Assembly (NCBI RefSeq): GCF_000143415.4
Contig: NW_003314296.1
Span: forward strand, 787,645 to 851,644
DNA from: Selaginella moellendorffii
Taxonomy: Eukaryota; Plantae; Lycopodiophyta
Direction: 5' to 3'
DNA: 64,000 bases
Position 1 is the first letter of the stretch; every line of letters begins with the position of its first letter. The notes under the pieces were generated by a model. That model was not told the DNA's origin and did not search any database. It worked only from the letters and a program-made list of their open reading frames with translations. Shown piece by piece: positions 63,178 through 64,000 of the stretch. Position numbers and translations under genes: made by a program.

Positions 63178-64000
63178 TTTCTTCGCGATGGAACGAGCCC
63201 TAAAACTGCCAGAGGCACTACAAGGACATTAACGGTCCAGATCTCGCCACGGCGAAGGAGTCCAACGGTATGGTTTTAAAGTTCTTTGATATATCTTTCT
63301 AATAATACTAAAATAATATGTGGTCAAAACTTTTGTTTATCTATGTGGTATAGTAATTGATATATTTATTTTTTCAATTAATATAAGCATTATTAAGGTA
63401 TTAATGAAAATGTATGACCTGTTTTAGTTCTTGTGGTGCCTGTCTAGAAGCATAGCATGGACATCTCAAATTAGTATAGAACATGACAAATTATTATTAT
63501 TATTTTGTTTAAGCTCTCTTTCTTCATTTGATAATGATGTATAATCTAAAATCCATTTTCTATTTATAAAAGGGTACTATTGTATGTTTTTGGCAGAATT
63601 GCACTATAGCCAAGTTGCCATCGCTGACATAATGTTAGTAATGCTATGTCCTACAGTCATGACATTATATCATCACCACAACACAACCAAGACCAAATCC
63701 ATATACTCCCCCTGATACCCCTTTTATTGTTACCTGGCCTTGCCAAGTTATCACTGAGGGCCTGCAAAGTAAATGCTAAAGCTAGAGTAACACCAAAACC
63801 ATCAACACTCTCTTTTATAAGTTTGGTGTGCTAAGATATGGTTTAATACTAATCTTATTTTTAAGATGAACTTTGCTATTTGTTTGGTTAGCAAGAGCTG
63901 GAGTATTTTCTTTTTTAGTGATAGACATGTGGATCAATGTATTTCAATTTCTTTCTGAATTGTGCTCTATAGTTTAAGCAAAAATGTTGGTTTTAATGTT

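Overview
Gene-dense, compact land-plant nuclear DNA. Introns of ~50-65 bp, very short intergenic spaces and PPR proteins built from short tandem repeats suggest a lycophyte such as Selaginella (inference, not verified by search). Housekeeping genes: thylakoid/envelope ADP,ATP carrier, NAD-malic enzyme, KCS, SAC phosphatase, SCP2, pGlcT-like transporter, U5-40K WD40, copper amine oxidase, ATL RING-H2, CXE esterase, TFIIA-gamma, MCT-1 and two PPR genes. Mobile DNA: a decayed Ty1/copia element (AGTAG TSD) whose 5' LTR carries an inverted piece of its own integrase; a near-intact Ty3/gypsy element with a -1 frameshift signal (GGGAAAC plus H-type pseudoknot); a Pack-MULE-like element (9-bp TSD) carrying an LRR-receptor fragment; and a Helitron remnant. 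Most notable: a five-exon gene, not reconstructed by the ORF track, encoding a C2 domain + TM helix + C-terminal LysM domain; three Gnk2/DUF26-like secreted proteins with an altered cysteine motif and a Trp-rich cationic tail; a divergent MiAMP1-like peptide; and two PPR ORFs that may sit inside or directly behind other transcription units. Exon structures were read by hand; no database searches were run.
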